Below, piece by piece: positions 24,067 to 40,800 of a stretch of DNA of 64,000 nt; position 1 is the stretch's first letter; every line of letters starts with the position of its first letter. The notes beneath the pieces are model-generated. The model was not told where the DNA came from. It was given only the letters and a program-made list of their open reading frames with translations, and made no database searches. This DNA is from Gonapodya sp. JEL0774 (lineage: Eukaryota). The DNA lies in assembly GCA_027604505.1 (NCBI GenBank), contig JADIIX010000083.1, forward strand, positions 1-64,000. The letters are read 5' to 3'. The translations under genes and the position numbers were made by a program.

Positions 24067-24855
24067 TGTTTTTGAAGTCAGTGTGACAGTGGTGATCGGA
24101 GGAGGTGGCTGCTGTGGTCGGGGATGCCACCACAGCACCCCTCTTCAGAAGACTGACCCACCCCAAACGCTTTTGAGTCTCGCGATGCCCGCTCCTGCCT
24201 ATTCCGTCCTTCCTTACAACACTCACCAACCACCATTAGCACCCACCCCTTCTTGAGCCGGTTAACAGGGCCACACTACGAGCCTTCGTTATCATTCGTC
24301 TCTCTCTTCCACACAACCCTTCCATCAGCGGACGCTGGACTCCCGCACCGCACTTTCTTTTGCTATTTCTTTCCGGGGTACATACATACCATGCTGTTCA
24401 ATGCAACCCCCAAAAGGTCGCTTTTATTCGGTCGTGGTGGACCTAGCTGGTACGCGCCGCACTAACTGCCAATGTTCACGAATAAGGCAATGGTGCTCCT
24501 CACACTGGCGTCCAAAAAATGGAAGGCTACCCTTCCTTCTAGACCGATCGCTCACAGACCTTCCCCCCCACCCCCACGTTGTTTTGTATTCCTTTTCTTT
24601 TGCTCCTTGTGTCGCAAGTTCCCCCACCGTAGGCCGCTACCACACTGCCACGCTGTATGTGCTTTCATGATTCTGTCTCACTACCTTACCCCACTAAGTT
24701 AGAAATATACAAATATATATATATCATTTCGCACCCCAATTCTGAGCTTGTTCTTGCCCTTTTCAAGGTCTGTCGCGACTGCCTCAGCATAGGGACCCAG
24801 CCACACATCCACGTGCAACGCAACAAGCACCACAGCATTGCCTGGCCCGTTTTCA

Positions 24856-27800
24856 TGACAGAAAGTGGCAGTGGAACAGGATCGTACATGGGCGACTCTG
24901 CACCCCTCATAGAATCGCATTCCGTGCCGGCGCCGAGGATGAGCTCCACAGGAAACGTGTCTTCCCAACCACATCCTCAACCCCTCGCCTTCGAGACGAA
25001 ATCGAGCTCCGTCGGAATTCCGCCTACCGTTTCGACACAAACTTCGGATCGAGCTCTCTTGGTAGCACCGGCATTGGACTCAGTGCTCTCGGATACAAAC
25101 TCAGTGACGGACCACTCTGGCATGACCCGGTTCAAGGCGGCCGCCAAAGCTGCCGTGGCTGCCTCTCATCAAGGATCTTTTCACTCTACTGGAAATGGAG
25201 ATTTGGCTTCCAGTAGCTCGGTTGGCAGTCACGGGTTGAGACTGGCGGAGGTGGTGGAAGAGGCGATTCAATTGGAAGAAGCAGTCAAGGGAGCACTGGG
25301 CAATATTCTCGGATTTTTGGATGTGAGGTCACTGTTCACTTCGTCGCATGTGCAGCTTACTGGATTTTTTCTCACTTGTGGACAGCATGAAGTGTTCGAG
25401 CGCATCGCTAAATCTGTGCAACATCGCTATTTAAAACCTGGGGAAATTCTGTTCAGCCCAACCGTTGCTTACAGTCATACCGCCGTCTTGGTACGGGGTC
25501 TTGTTAACATCTCCCACGTCGATTCCGCTGGCGAGCTCAACCTCCTGCATGTGGTCAAGCCTGGCCGCGTTGTCACATCCATGTTCACCATCATCGATGA
25601 ACTGGCAAACGTGACTTCACCGTACGTTGCAAAGAAGCAGTTCACATCTCCACAACAAATTCAAGCCTCTGCGGCAGAGGATGCTCTTGTTGCTGTAATC
25701 CCCATCGGAACTTTCTCGTCGCTTCTGCAAAGTCACCAAAAGGCAGCCGCGCAGGTCCTATCGATGTTCGTCTCACGTGTCAGTAAAGTTACGCTACCCT
25801 TTATCCGCCGATATCTGGGCTACTCAACAGAGCTGCTTCGAATTGTGCAAGCATCCGATGTCGTGAAATCAGCAGCTTCCGATTACGCTGCGTTCCTTGC
25901 AGCACTCAGCGTACCTACCCCCGTACCCTCAGAGGAAGCACCATCCAGCACTCTGAGTGGTCCAGACGTTCTTACCCGTCTGCGTTCCTGGACGGACGAT
26001 ACAGCACCCCTTTCTGTGGCGGATTCGGATACCATCAAACGTGTGTCACTCAATCTCATGGCTAGATCTCTGAGGTTATCTGTCGATGACTTTCCATCGG
26101 ACACACTGGAGGAGATGGAGATACAGTACCTCGAACCCGGCGAAGAGTTGGTTCAGGAGAGTCATAGTTTTGAGGGCTTGTGCCTCCTACTAGATGGCAC
26201 TTTGGAGGCAGTGTCGACGCCAATAACTCCCGGTCAGTCGTACACCCAATTTTGGGAGATTACGTCAGGAAGTCTAGCCGGGGCTCTGTCCGCAATTGTA
26301 CTGCAACAGTCTCCTGTCTTTTGGCGCGCGAAAACACCAGTTCGGTTCACCTTCCTGCCGAACTCAGTCTATCTAAAAGTTGCCGATGCCAACCCGAGTA
26401 TACTGCGGGAGCTTATGCGCAGCTTCATGGATGAGATTGGATTCTTCACCCTTGCTTTTGATTTTGCAACTGAATGGCGGTGAGCTTTGAATACTTCGGA
26501 AGACTGAGATAAGACGATATCTTACACGTCATCTGCACCCTCAAGACGTTACCCCACCGGATCTGTCATTTTGGAGCAGAACAAGCCCGCCAACTACGTT
26601 TACAAAATTGTTTCGGGTCGAATCCGCACCACAATCAAGTATGTCGGTGACAAAGAAGTCGACAGGCCTGCCCTCCCCAGAGATCTGAAGGCAGATCAGC
26701 CGCAGAAGGGTTTGTGGGACTTTTTAAGTTTGAAGAGGCCGAAAGGGGAAGGCACAGATGTGGAAATGAGTTCCAGTGCATCACCCATGAAGCCTCAAGC
26801 AGCACAACAGGATAACAGCACTCATTTTGTCTCACCATTTCTAAAGAGAAACACAACACGTCGAACTGTCCGTGCATTAGATCGCTTACCTACATCCGAA
26901 GAATCAGCGATGCTCTCTTTGGCGCCTATCGTGACTCACACTGATGAACCAATCCTGTTGTCGGAAAAGGGCTTCGGTGAGACCTTAGGAGAGGTACCTG
27001 TCTTGATTGATGGCACGTATGAGGACACTTGCAAAACTCTCCGAGACAGCCATGTTGCGACACTTCCGCGAAGCTTTTTCAGTTCCATGGTTAATACTTT
27101 CCCCGAGATGTCGAAGTCAATCAGCCGAATTATCGCAGAAAAGGCCGTAAAAACTGCCAAAGACGTAAGGGACTTGAGGTTTGCAGGAATGCGGAGTGGT
27201 GAGCAGTTTGGATTTGGGGATCCCGACGCTGATTATCACATTATCGGGATCATACCGACATCCAGAAAAGTGAGGGCGCGCCGTTTTTCTGAAAGATCCA
27301 AGTTAACTGAGGAAAACTCATTTCTCAACCTCCTTCAAGGTCCCCGTCAAAGATTTTGCATCAAAGTTTAGCGAAGGTTTCGAATCTGAGGGTGGAGAGA
27401 CTGCCATCATCTCGGAGCAGGATGCTCCTGAGCTGATGGGGTCGACACACGACTCCATGGCCGATTTAAGGCTCCAAGCATGGCTGCTCAATAAAGAGCA
27501 CCGCAACGCATATGTGCTCATGGTTGCGGACGGGAACCCTACATCCGTCTGGACCAAAGAGTGTGTGAAACAGTCCGACGTGCTCCTATTTGTTGCATTG
27601 GGAGATGGGAAACCAGATATCGGAGAATTCGAGGATGCCCTCCATCCGAATTCGCTTGCAGTGCGAAAGGTCCTTGTGTTACTGCACAAGACCAGAGTGA
27701 TCACTCCAGGAAGCACCAAGGAGTTCCTGGACAGAAGAAAATGGATAGCTCGGCATTTTCATGTGAGATGTGGCCCTCGACGACAGTGTAGAAGTGCATA

Positions 27801-29473
27801 TCAGTACCAACATTCTCCCCGTCTGTCGCAGATCGAAATGAACTCAATACCTGATCTTGTTGATGGCGCTTCTGTGCGCTCCACTCGATCCCAGAATTTT
27901 CTTCCCAACTTTCGTCCACAAGTGGATGAGCTCTTCTCCCAACTGGAGGCGATGCAGTTGCCCATCAAGCCGATCAAGCGATTGTGGGACATGTCGGGCG
28001 CCCAAAAGGTTAATGGGACCATGTCCGCTGACAGAAGCTCCGATTTCGCCAGGTTGGCAAGGCGGATGATGTGAGTCGATGAAGTTTTCGACGCAGAACG
28101 GATCTTTCTTTACATTGTGTCACTGGCAACAGGAACAAAGCGATCGGTATTGTTTTGGGTGGAGGGGGTGCGAAAGGATCCGCGCTTATCGGGGTCCTCG
28201 AGGTTCTCGAAAAGAATGGAATCTTTCCGGATTTTGTAGGTGGAACCTCGGCTGGAGCGTGCGTGGGTGCTGTGGGTACCTTGTTCTGTTCAAACCATTG
28301 CGTTTCTGGGGATCACACAATCTTGGCAGTTGTATGCCAGGTCTGGAAGTGTCGAGGAAACCAGAACTAAAATGGAATATCTCTACTATCGTTTCAATTC
28401 GACCTTGCGGATGATGAGCGATATCACATTGCCGGTCATAAGTCTTCTTCGAGGTGAGTTTGCTTGGACAATCTGTTGCTGTTCCTGGACATGCTTTCAT
28501 TCTGCTTATGCGCACAGCCAAATACTTCAATGACACCATCAAGGCAATCATTCATCCGGATGTGTACATAGAGGATTTTTGGCTACCGTACTTTTGTAAT
28601 GTCATTGGTGAGGACATTCGAGCTTGCCTAATAGGACGCGCAATAAATACCGTTTTCGAGCAGACATTACCAAGCTCCGGCACCGGTTCCTTCAAGAAGG
28701 CATTGCTTGGAGGCGTGTTCGTAGCTCAATGAGTTTGGCTGCCCTCTTGCCACCCGTGTCTGATGAGGATGGTTGTCTCCTAATGGATGGTGAGCAACCA
28801 CGTCCTTTAACGTCATCCATGTTTCGGTGCAGCAATGCATTTGAGTTCGTGCATTGACGCAGGTGGATACTACGATATCCTTCCGGCCGGTGTAATGAAG
28901 GCGTTTGGCGCCGCTCATACTATCGCCATTGATAGTGAGTTTTCGACAGGTGTTAGTTTTGTTGGTACCTACTCACTGCTTGTATATCTCTGTCTCGCTA
29001 GTCGGAGGTTTGTTCGACATGCGTCCGGTGGACCAGGACACGATACAGTTGTCGGGCTGGCGGGCATTGTTCATGAAACCCAAAGACAAGAAGAAATACA
29101 TGACCATACCAGGAGTGATGGACATTCAAAGTCGAGTTATGTTTCTCACCAGCAAACAGCGGGTTGTCGACGTAAAGAACATGGAGAACGTTTACTACGT
29201 CAGACCACCAATTGATATCTACGGTAGCTCCGACTGGAGTCGTTTCGAGGAATTGATTGGGGTTGGGGTTAAGGTGTGTGGGATCTCATTTTGGCTGCTT
29301 TGCGAGCTGTTGTTGTTGATGGCAGGTTTATATGATAGGCAACGTGGGAAATTCTCGTCGAATGGTGCAAAAATGAGAGGATCTCAAACGTTTTTGGTCT
29401 CGACGAACAAAAACTCTCAAACGTTTTTGCTCTCGACGAACAAAAACTCTTAGAAAGCTCTTCCGCGATTTGA
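24856..29473 (+). CDS. Patatin-like lysophospholipase with cNMP-binding domains (Nte1/PNPLA6-like), multi-exon
   Basis: Three cyclic-nucleotide-binding-like segments, then SDFARLARRM, LGGGGAKG, the nucleophile GGTSAG, IEDFWLPYFCN, VRSSMSLAALLPP and LMDG|GYYDILP. The start codon is uncertain. Confidence 0.9.
29382..29447 (+). repeat. 33-bp tandem duplication in last coding exon of NTE1-like gene
   Basis: TCTCAAACGTTTTTG(G/C)TCTCGACGAACAAAAAC x2 with one mismatch, encoding SNVFGLDEQKL/SNVFALDEQKL. Confidence 0.9.
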
Positions 29474-29615
29474 GATGAAAAAGTTAGCATCATAACTATT
29501 AACTTATATGTAGTAATTCTCTATTGCATTCACCTCCATTGATAACAGGTTTTGACAGTTATTCAACTTACTCATAAGCCACAATATTTACACATAAATC
29601 ATCATCAAAAATATT

Positions 29616-32245
<2,630 letters not shown>

Positions 32246-34460
32246 TCAATGCTGCTTGTGCGTCCAAAGCGAAGGTGTTGGATCCAACACCCAACGGGTG
32301 TTCCAATAAAAGTACCAAAGTCTTTGTCCCGGTCGATCACGCGATTCAGTTGCAAGATCTTTCGTACTCTTGAAGTGAGCGTGATTGCGGAGCCGGAGCG
32401 CGTGTTCTGAGATCTTGTCGAATATAATTATTGAACGGGAGTCTGAGCGCTGCGGACTGACCGAATTCTCCGAGAACTCCATACACCCGTTGAACCAGTG
32501 CGTGCAAAGCCACTGTGAGACAATTAACCGTTCTTCCGTGGGACCTTCCCAGCTGTCAAGTGGCTGATATTGAACGGCTTTCGTAGAGTTACGGTGGAAA
32601 TGGTTTACCAATCGACTGGTGAAAAGCGCGTATGTAGTGCAAAAAGTTCCATATGGCCAGCATCATCACCGTGAACATAATGTGTAGCCATAAACTGGGA
32701 CTCGCAATATGCACGCAAAACTCATACACAGGCAAACAATTAAATAAAGATCACGGCGCATTTCCTTTCACCTCATTCAAGAGGACAAAAAACTTGAATA
32801 GATATCCATTGTAACAGTGGGCGCGATGTCCGAGAGAACGGAAAACAAGAGAAAAGGAATAAAGGAAGGGGAGGAAAGCATTTGCGAGAACCGGCTTATG
32901 GTGGGTGAGGCGATTTACTTCCCGAAGCTGTACAGCCATGGTAACTGAATCACCAGAAACCAGAGCACCCTCCAGGTCGGACGACGGAGGCCGTGGGGAT
33001 GGTGGAAGCGCTTGACAACGGCCAGATGGGCGAAATGATCGAAAATGGAACAGTGAGCAAGGAGTGAAGGCAGAACACACGTCTATTGTCACACAAATGT
33101 ACCATGTGTCTCGGATCGATATCGTGTAAACTCTCGTGTCAGTCATACAACCGGCGTTCGAGGGGTGGCCGGAACACCGGAACACCAGAGAGAATCCAAA
33201 ATCGGATGGAGCATCTCCACTCTTTGATCAGGAGGTCTTCCGGTATCTCTTATCGCATTGACTTAGAGTTATGGAGTCTCCAGCAGTCTTCACAGAGGTC
33301 GGTGGGACACGAATAAGAAGGAGCGAATAGAGGGTGGGTGATGGAAAGGTGAAGTGTTGAGGAGCTGGCTATGAAAGCGCTTGCGCTTGATGGCTACAAG
33401 ATTGCTGAATTGAGAGAGGATGAAATACTGAGCGATCAATGGTCAATCGAACTGTCTTCCTGTGTAAGAGGATGCCGTGGAGAACAACCAAGCCAGGGGG
33501 AAGGAAGTGCAGGAGAACAACCAAAAATGCATGTCCTTGAAGTGGATGAAGTGGCCAAATAACCTGTGGGTGTGGGACTCATGAATTTGTGGGACCAACG
33601 CTTGCAGATTCTGCAAAACCTAAGATCATATGCAGAGTAGTTCCGTTAGCTATCCAATCTTGCAGTACCCATGTAAATGTAATTGCTGCATCTCGAGAAC
33701 AAAACAATTTGGAGTTTAGACACGGAACCTTGCCTGTATCCCGCCCACCTCAGTTCTCAGTTCTCAGTTCTCAGATCACGCTATTTTCGATGAATAAGTG
33801 ATGATCCCACTGGTCACCTCCATCTTCGTCAGAGACCTCACAGGGATCGGGAAGGTTCTAGCCAGGATGCCGGCGAAATTGGGAAGTCACGGCTCCACGG
33901 TTGGAGAGTTGGGTGGACATAAAAGGTCACTTCAATGTAGTTGCCAACAAAGCGATGCTCTTGCATTGGAGAACGGGATTAGATCGTGGAGGCCCAGCAG
34001 AACCTCTTTATATTGTCACGCGCCAGGACCTTTAGGCTCTTCCTCCCCACCTGTACCTCCATAATGCGATTGGATTTCATGGAAAACAAGGAATTGCATT
34101 TACAAGTGATGGTTTTGTACACTTTTCATTTTTTTTTTGTACAGTACGAGTGAGTTCATTTCGACGCTTTTTATTGGCGTTCGACAGGTTTGTAATGTTA
34201 CGAGTGTAGAGTGCCCATGGTCCAGTAAGTAGTGCTACCAGAAAACAGGCGGTGTTGAAGGAAGGAAGTAAGGCAGTGAAAGAGGATTGTTGCGGGAAGT
34301 GGCTGGATCAAGAAAAACAAAAGAGTCTGTTTCGAAAATGTCATCACCAACGCCAAGTGCTTGTCGTGTCAAAACAACCGCTCCTCATTTCCTCTAGACA
34401 GAGGGTTATACAGCAAGGTAACCAATCCACACCGTCGTTCTATCCCAAGAACCTCCAGGA

Positions 34461-37451
34461 CTACTGCTCTCCAACAGCCGCTCTGTGCATCCCCACCATT
34501 TCATTCGCCACTTCACTTGAGGTTGCCAAATCACTCCCTGTCCCGCTCCACTCCATTTTGTTCATACCAGCACCACTGGTTCTTTCTGTTCCCGAAGCCA
34601 ACACTATCCTGACCCCCTCCATCCTCGCAGGTGCAGATCTCGCAAGCATAGAGACTGCTTCCACCTCACCAAGCCTTGGAGAACCTTCTCTTAAGGCTGC
34701 CAAGGTACGTGCAGTGAGTTCAGTTTCATTGTCAAGAGCTGAGGGCTGTATTTGGATCGGAGAGGAGCTCTCGAACACCAATCGCGGCAATCCCGCTCTC
34801 AAGGACTGCTGTGCATCGAAAACAACGGAGTTCCCAGAGCCTGTCGGAGATATCGCGACCATAGGCATTGCGCGATCGCGAGCACGACGGAGGCGAAGAA
34901 CTTCCCGGTTGAGCTCCAGGAGTTCGCGGCGAGTCCGAAGGAGATCGGCATCCTTGCGAAGGAGTGCATCTTGATAGGATGTGGTCAGTGACCGAGCTAG
35001 TAGAGAAAATGCTGGAAGGGAATGGGATTAATGAGATGTCGGTGAGTGAAGTGGTGTGATGACGATCCCGAGCTCCACAAAATGCAACACACCATCCGTC
35101 ATCTCCCGAGCTTGCAATGAAAAATCGGTACCTCCACCTTCTTTCACCCCTCCAATTGCGATTGTCGTCGGTGACCTTGCAACGGCTGTGGAGTCCGACC
35201 CCGCCGAAAGGTCCAATGCAAGAATTGGTCCCGCCAAATGTTTGGTGGGAGAAGATCCGGGCAGGTCAGTAGTAGAGGCTTGGCGCTTCAGGTTTTCCTG
35301 AAAACGGGTTCAGGGAGTTTCGATAAAGATGAACGACTAGTTCCGTGAATTATCAACTATCGCAGGTGCAGGCACCAACCTTGGTCTCCTTCGTTTCACC
35401 CTCACCTGCCCACCCTTCCTCCCACTCCTTGACGCTCACTCCACCTTTATTTCTCACCTTTAAATCCACCCCCCACTTTGCTAACAGCCGAACGACCTTC
35501 CAAGCACCCATCCGGGCTGCCACATTGACCGCAGTGTCCCCATTTGTGTCGACAGAATTTGCGAGGCGCAGCCATGACTCAACACGTTCATGAACGTCAG
35601 TGGTGCTCGCAGCAGGTTTCGAAGGGGCGAAGGTGGTGAAGGTGGAAGTGGAAGTGGATTCCGCGTTGCTTTCGAGAAATGGCTCAGTCCCATCATTTGT
35701 CCGCGGCAATGCGAAGTGCCCATGTACACATCCCAAATAGTACAGTAAAGCTGGTCTCATTCTCGAATCGTCCCATCCCTCGGCTACGTGATGGAGCACC
35801 GTTCGTCCCCTCTTGTCTGCATCGTGAAGGGATCCAGCCAGTAAAAGGAGCACTTCTGAGAACGTCCCCCTGTCGTAGCAGTTTGAGGTTGTCAAGGCAA
35901 GCATCAGGGGAGTGACGCCGAGGGGGTCAGGGATCGGGGTCGGGCATCGGCTGTACCGGGGCAGAAGTAGAATAAGCGCTCGAAGAATAGAAGGGCGGGA
36001 TAGAGATGCGGACCAGTGGAGAGCGGTACGGCTGGTCGAGAGTGTTTGAATTGAGTGATTTGCTCTATGTCCAACCCCTCTCAAGCTCACAACGCGACAT
36101 GGCCAGAGGCTCATGCCAACCCTCATAATCAGCTCACCCTTCATCATCAATCACTCCCTGTACGTCAACACCTGCTTCTATATCTCCCCTCTCAAGCCAT
36201 CCTGGTAACCTCGACCACTCCACCCCAGCTTCCACAAACGCCCTCACAATGCGCTCCTTAAATCTGTGCTGTCTTTCCGTAATCAGCTCTGCGCGATCTC
36301 TGGGAGTAGTCGGTGGCGGGGTGGCGAGAGGTCTGTGATGCGTGCGTGTTGGGCTGCGTGTGGGACTAGTGCTATGACTTTGGTGAACTTCTGACGGGTT
36401 AGAGTCAGTGGTTGCCCCAAAATAAGAGTTGGTGCCAGAATGTTGTTCATTTCCTGTTCCCGAGAACTCGTATTGCATATTGTTGGCTTCGTCACCACCG
36501 TCCTCCCCGTCGAAATCGGCCTGCTCATCATATTGGTCCTCGAAGTCATCATCTTCGTCATCTTCATCGGCGTACTTAGGTTTACGAGGTCTGGCAGGGT
36601 GATGGGCACGTGGTTTAGGGACCGGTTTGGTGTGAGGGGCACGTGCCGAGATGATAGGTGTACTGGGGGCTTCGCCGGGCGCGAAGGTCAGCAGCGGCTC
36701 AAGGAGGTCATATACTCCATAAGTGGAGCAAAGCTGGGCCGCCCGGTCAAACGGAATCCTAACAAATGACCAAGATTGCACTTAAATTTAGAAAACGAAG
36801 TAGCAATTCTCAGGTCCAATCAGCACGCAGAGGCGGTCGGAATTCTCCAATCTCGAAATACAGTTGGGCAGGCGGTAAGATGATTCCGTGAGATGGTAGC
36901 CATCGCGCATCCTTCTGTGGGCTGTTCCGAATAATCTTAAGCGCGATACCCGAGGCAGCGATTCGGTGTCATCCCGCAATTGACAGAGCCATCATCCCAT
37001 AAGACCGCTCGAATGTTCTCATGTGGTGAATTGCTGCTTCCGTCGGAGTGATCGACATAGTGTGTGGCCCACCATGCCGATGGTACCACTCGATCCCATG
37101 TCCGTCCCCGTCAAGCTCACCAAGTGCCCTGGTACTTTCCATACCCGCCCTGTACTTTCTCATGACGTCCTGCGAGGATCTCTCTCTCCAGGATCTTTGT
37201 TCGCCTGGCCTTGTCGACCCCTGCCACTTTGAGAATCTGTGTCGCGTTAAGGAACGAATCGCTCTGTCGCCGCATCACAGCTGTATTCCTGAGGGCGGAA
37301 GATGTCAGACAGAGTGAATCTTTGATCCCATCTGGCCTCGTCAGGCCCCTGGACATCAATCGGCTTGCCAGCAACCGACAACAACTCACTTCACGACGAT
37401 CTCATAGACAGGCACGCCTGAATAGACCGACGAATACATAGTCGGCACCAT
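34461..37451 (-). CDS. SBF/MBF-type G1/S transcription factor (KilA-N/APSES DNA-binding domain + ankyrin repeats + coiled coil; Mbp1/Swi4/Res-like)
   Basis: [48 protein letters not shown]...[18 protein letters not shown]. Ankyrin motifs [32 protein letters not shown] and [15 protein letters not shown]. The 3' end is approximate. Confidence 0.92.
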
Positions 37452-37868
37452 TCCTGTTAGTGTACGGGAACGGTTGGGTGCTGATCGACAGAGTGCAACG
37501 GTGGGCGCGTTGCTGTGTGGGAAGGGATGAAATCCAAGGTGAGTTGAATGAATTCTCCGGTGAGCTGTACAAGCACCTTGGCACCAGCGGGATCGTTTAC
37601 CCTTGCTCGTAAATTTCCCTGGCCACCGTACAGTCCAAGTTTGGAAAGTATTATTATTTGAACACTTAATTACATTTTCATACTCTTTGACAACCTTTCC
37701 AATCCGTCCGCGTCGTAGATCAACGTTGTGAAAGCAATGGCGAGTATAGATTTGGTGTTCGACAGACAGAAAAATGCAGGATGTATATCAAACAAAATTG
37801 CTACATAACTCAATATGCGTGCAACGCCAAGACTGTAAAGTGTCGACCAATGCAAGCCCCGACTACAA

Positions 37869-40800
37869 TCATTTCCCTGCGTTTGCACCAAGCGACTGCT
37901 GCTGCGCCAGTTCCCAGTACAACCCTTTGTTCTCCATCAGCTTCTCGTGTGTGCCATACTCCTCCACCAGACCTGCATTGATAACTAGCAGACCACGGAA
38001 CGGTGAGATACCATGTCGCAAGAGACAGAAATCATGAACTTTACCATAAATGCAGTCCGCGTTCTGAATTGAGCTGAGACGATGGGCAATAACTACCGGA
38101 ACGTGCAACGAGATAGTGAGCAACTATTGCATCTCCGGCTGGGCAAACACCTCGAGAAATTTCGAACTAACCAACTGTGGTGCGTCCCTTGCTCGCGTCA
38201 TCTAGAGCTGCTTGAACCACTTTTTCTATTGGGTGATTCAGGCAGTGAGCAGGTGTGCCATATCATATAAAGCAAATTGAATCGCTGGAACTGACCTGAT
38301 TCAGAATCAAGCGCCGATGTCGCTTCGTCTAACAGCAGGAACTTCGGGTTCCGGATAAGGGCTCGGGCAATTGCAATTCTGCAAACATTTGAGGTCAATA
38401 CGTGTTCAGAAATATTCACGAGCAAATCAGAAACACCTCTGTTTTTGGCCACCACTGTCATCGTAAAATTTAAGTGGTTCGGTGAGCCGTCATATGCGGA
38501 CACTTTGAAGAAGTTCGTCAACCCACCTCAACAGCCCTCCCGATTCGCCGACCTCGGTCTCAAATCCGTTTTTGAGCTGAGAGATGAAGTTAAAAGCGTT
38601 TGCTTGCTTAGCAGCAGCCTGAATCATTTCCTGAGTCACCACAGATCCCTCTGGCATGCCATAAGAAATGTTTTCGGCAATCGAGCCTTCAAACAGCACC
38701 GGCTCTTGACCCACGAGAGCCATGCGTGATCGAAGCGAGGTAATATTCCAGTCTCGGACATTAGTGCCATCGACGTTCATGGAACCCTCAGTAACGTCAT
38801 AGAAACGCTCAATTAGACCGATGGTGGAAGATTTCCCGCTTCCTGAAGGGCCGACAAGCGCAACAGTTTGACCTGCTTTCGCTGAGATATTGACACCCCT
38901 GAGTACAGGGAAAGAGTTACGGAAGGGATAGGTGAAGTGAAGCTCCTTGGCTTCCACGTCGCCGGTTGAGGGTGGAGAGGCACCATCCGACCCTACTGCA
39001 TTAATGGAAGGCGTCCGATGAATGACAGAGAACACTGCGCCGGCAGAAATTTGGGCTTTGCTGAAAGAAGGGGCAAATGCCGATGCTTCACGCAAGGATT
39101 GTGGTCACAAACACACTAGACACAACGAAGGGCTCAGTGGACAAGAAAATTGGCTCACCTCGTCCTAAGCTCATAGCTGTGAAGAGTAATGCAAACAAAA
39201 CTTGTTGAAGTTGTGCACCTGAGTATTCTCCGTTGTACACCAACGTTCCACCTTTCGAAATGCGAGAGATGATTGGTCTCCTAAAATCACTGGACATATC
39301 CAGTAATCGAATACATACCATACCACCACGCAAATCCAGTGAACAGGAACTGAATGGCAGCAGAAGCACCAGCGGCAATAGCAGAGGTAACCGCACCCTT
39401 AACAGCTTTCTGGTAAGGCGGAATAAGGTCGTGGCAGTAGCGATCCCAGAAAAGCTTCTCCTTTGTTAGCATAGCCACTGTGCGAATTTGCGAAATCTGC
39501 GCGGCCGAACAACATAATTAGCACCGAAAAATATGGGGGCCATCGTGGAAACACACCGCTTCGTTAGCAATCTTGTTCGTTTCAATGGTTTCCACTCGTG
39601 AGGCTCGCCCAAAAAAGCTTTGCGTACGAGACTGGACCACAAAGGCTGCAACGAAGACGGGCAGAGTCGCAACAACAACCAGCGTGAACTTCCAACCGTG
39701 AATAAATGCAATTGTTAATCTGAAGTGACAGTTGAATGAGTTGTTTGAGAATCGTGAGAAGAAGAAACAATTTCGCACCCAGCAACGAGAGTCCCAACAA
39801 TTTGTAGACCCGCAGATAAGACATCGTTGAAAAGACTTTTCACTTGAGTAGCATCGTCAGCAAGTTTCGCGGTAAGCGCTCCAACGTTGTTTCGGGGATC
39901 GTCAAAGTATGCAACTGCAGAAATACGGTGTCACACAACACTTAAAGAAAATGAGCACTTAGCGATCAACCACGCACTTTCTTGGGTGACCAATGAGTAG
40001 AAAAACTTGGTTCGCAAGCGCAATGTGAATTGTTCCCCTGCAACCCCCCAGGCGCCGATATATCCACCAAAGATTATCAGCTAGGTGAAGTCTTGGTGAG
40101 CACAAAACTATGTGGGACTGCGTCGGAGAGAATCCACATCTCACCTGAGCGACACCAAGAACAAAATACAAGATGGCATAAAATTTCGCGTCGTCGAGAA
40201 TCGCTTGTCCCGTCTTCCCGAAGGCAGTAAGCATTCCAGAAAGGAGAATGGACATACACGGCTGACGATACAATGAGATCGTGCGGAATGTGCGCACATC
40301 GGACAGCGATGAAGGAGTAGTCAAACTCACCTGAACAGCACCAGCTCCCATGCTTCCAATTGAGCCCACGATTATCCAACGCATGCTTGGCATTGACAGT
40401 TTTACGATTTCACCCCATGGGATGGGGACCTCAGCATACTGGACAGCATCGTAGAATTAGAGAGATCCGAGCAGTCCTCCTACAAATATGCGAACCTTTT
40501 CCCTTTCTGACTTTTTCATTTCCTCCTCTTCTTTCTCGGCTGCCTCGAGTGCCTTTGCGATATCCACCTTTGAATTGAGCTTGCGGCCGTCGATTGCGAC
40601 CTTTGATGAAGACCGGCGTTCCGCAATTGCCTTGGCTGAAACTATCCGTTTCCCTGCAATTCGCGTACCCTTCTCATCGGTCCCACTACGTTTGCTGGAA
40701 GGTTTACTGTCGGTGATGCCAATTCTGCCACTTGATTTGCGAGTCTCGGTCATGGCAATGGCTCCATCGGCGGCTCCACCAGCGGCGTCATGGAGATCCG

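Noticed and set aside
32250..34230. Possible gene or TE remnant in the 2-kb gap between CDKL and the SBF factor
   Set aside because: Only short interrupted frames with no recognisable motif. The CTCAGTT triplet at ~33749 is trivial slippage.
36762..37122. Structured RNA in the long intron of the SBF-type gene
   Set aside because: Only one short helix (TATCGCGC/GCGCGATG) is evident and there are no convincing boxes.
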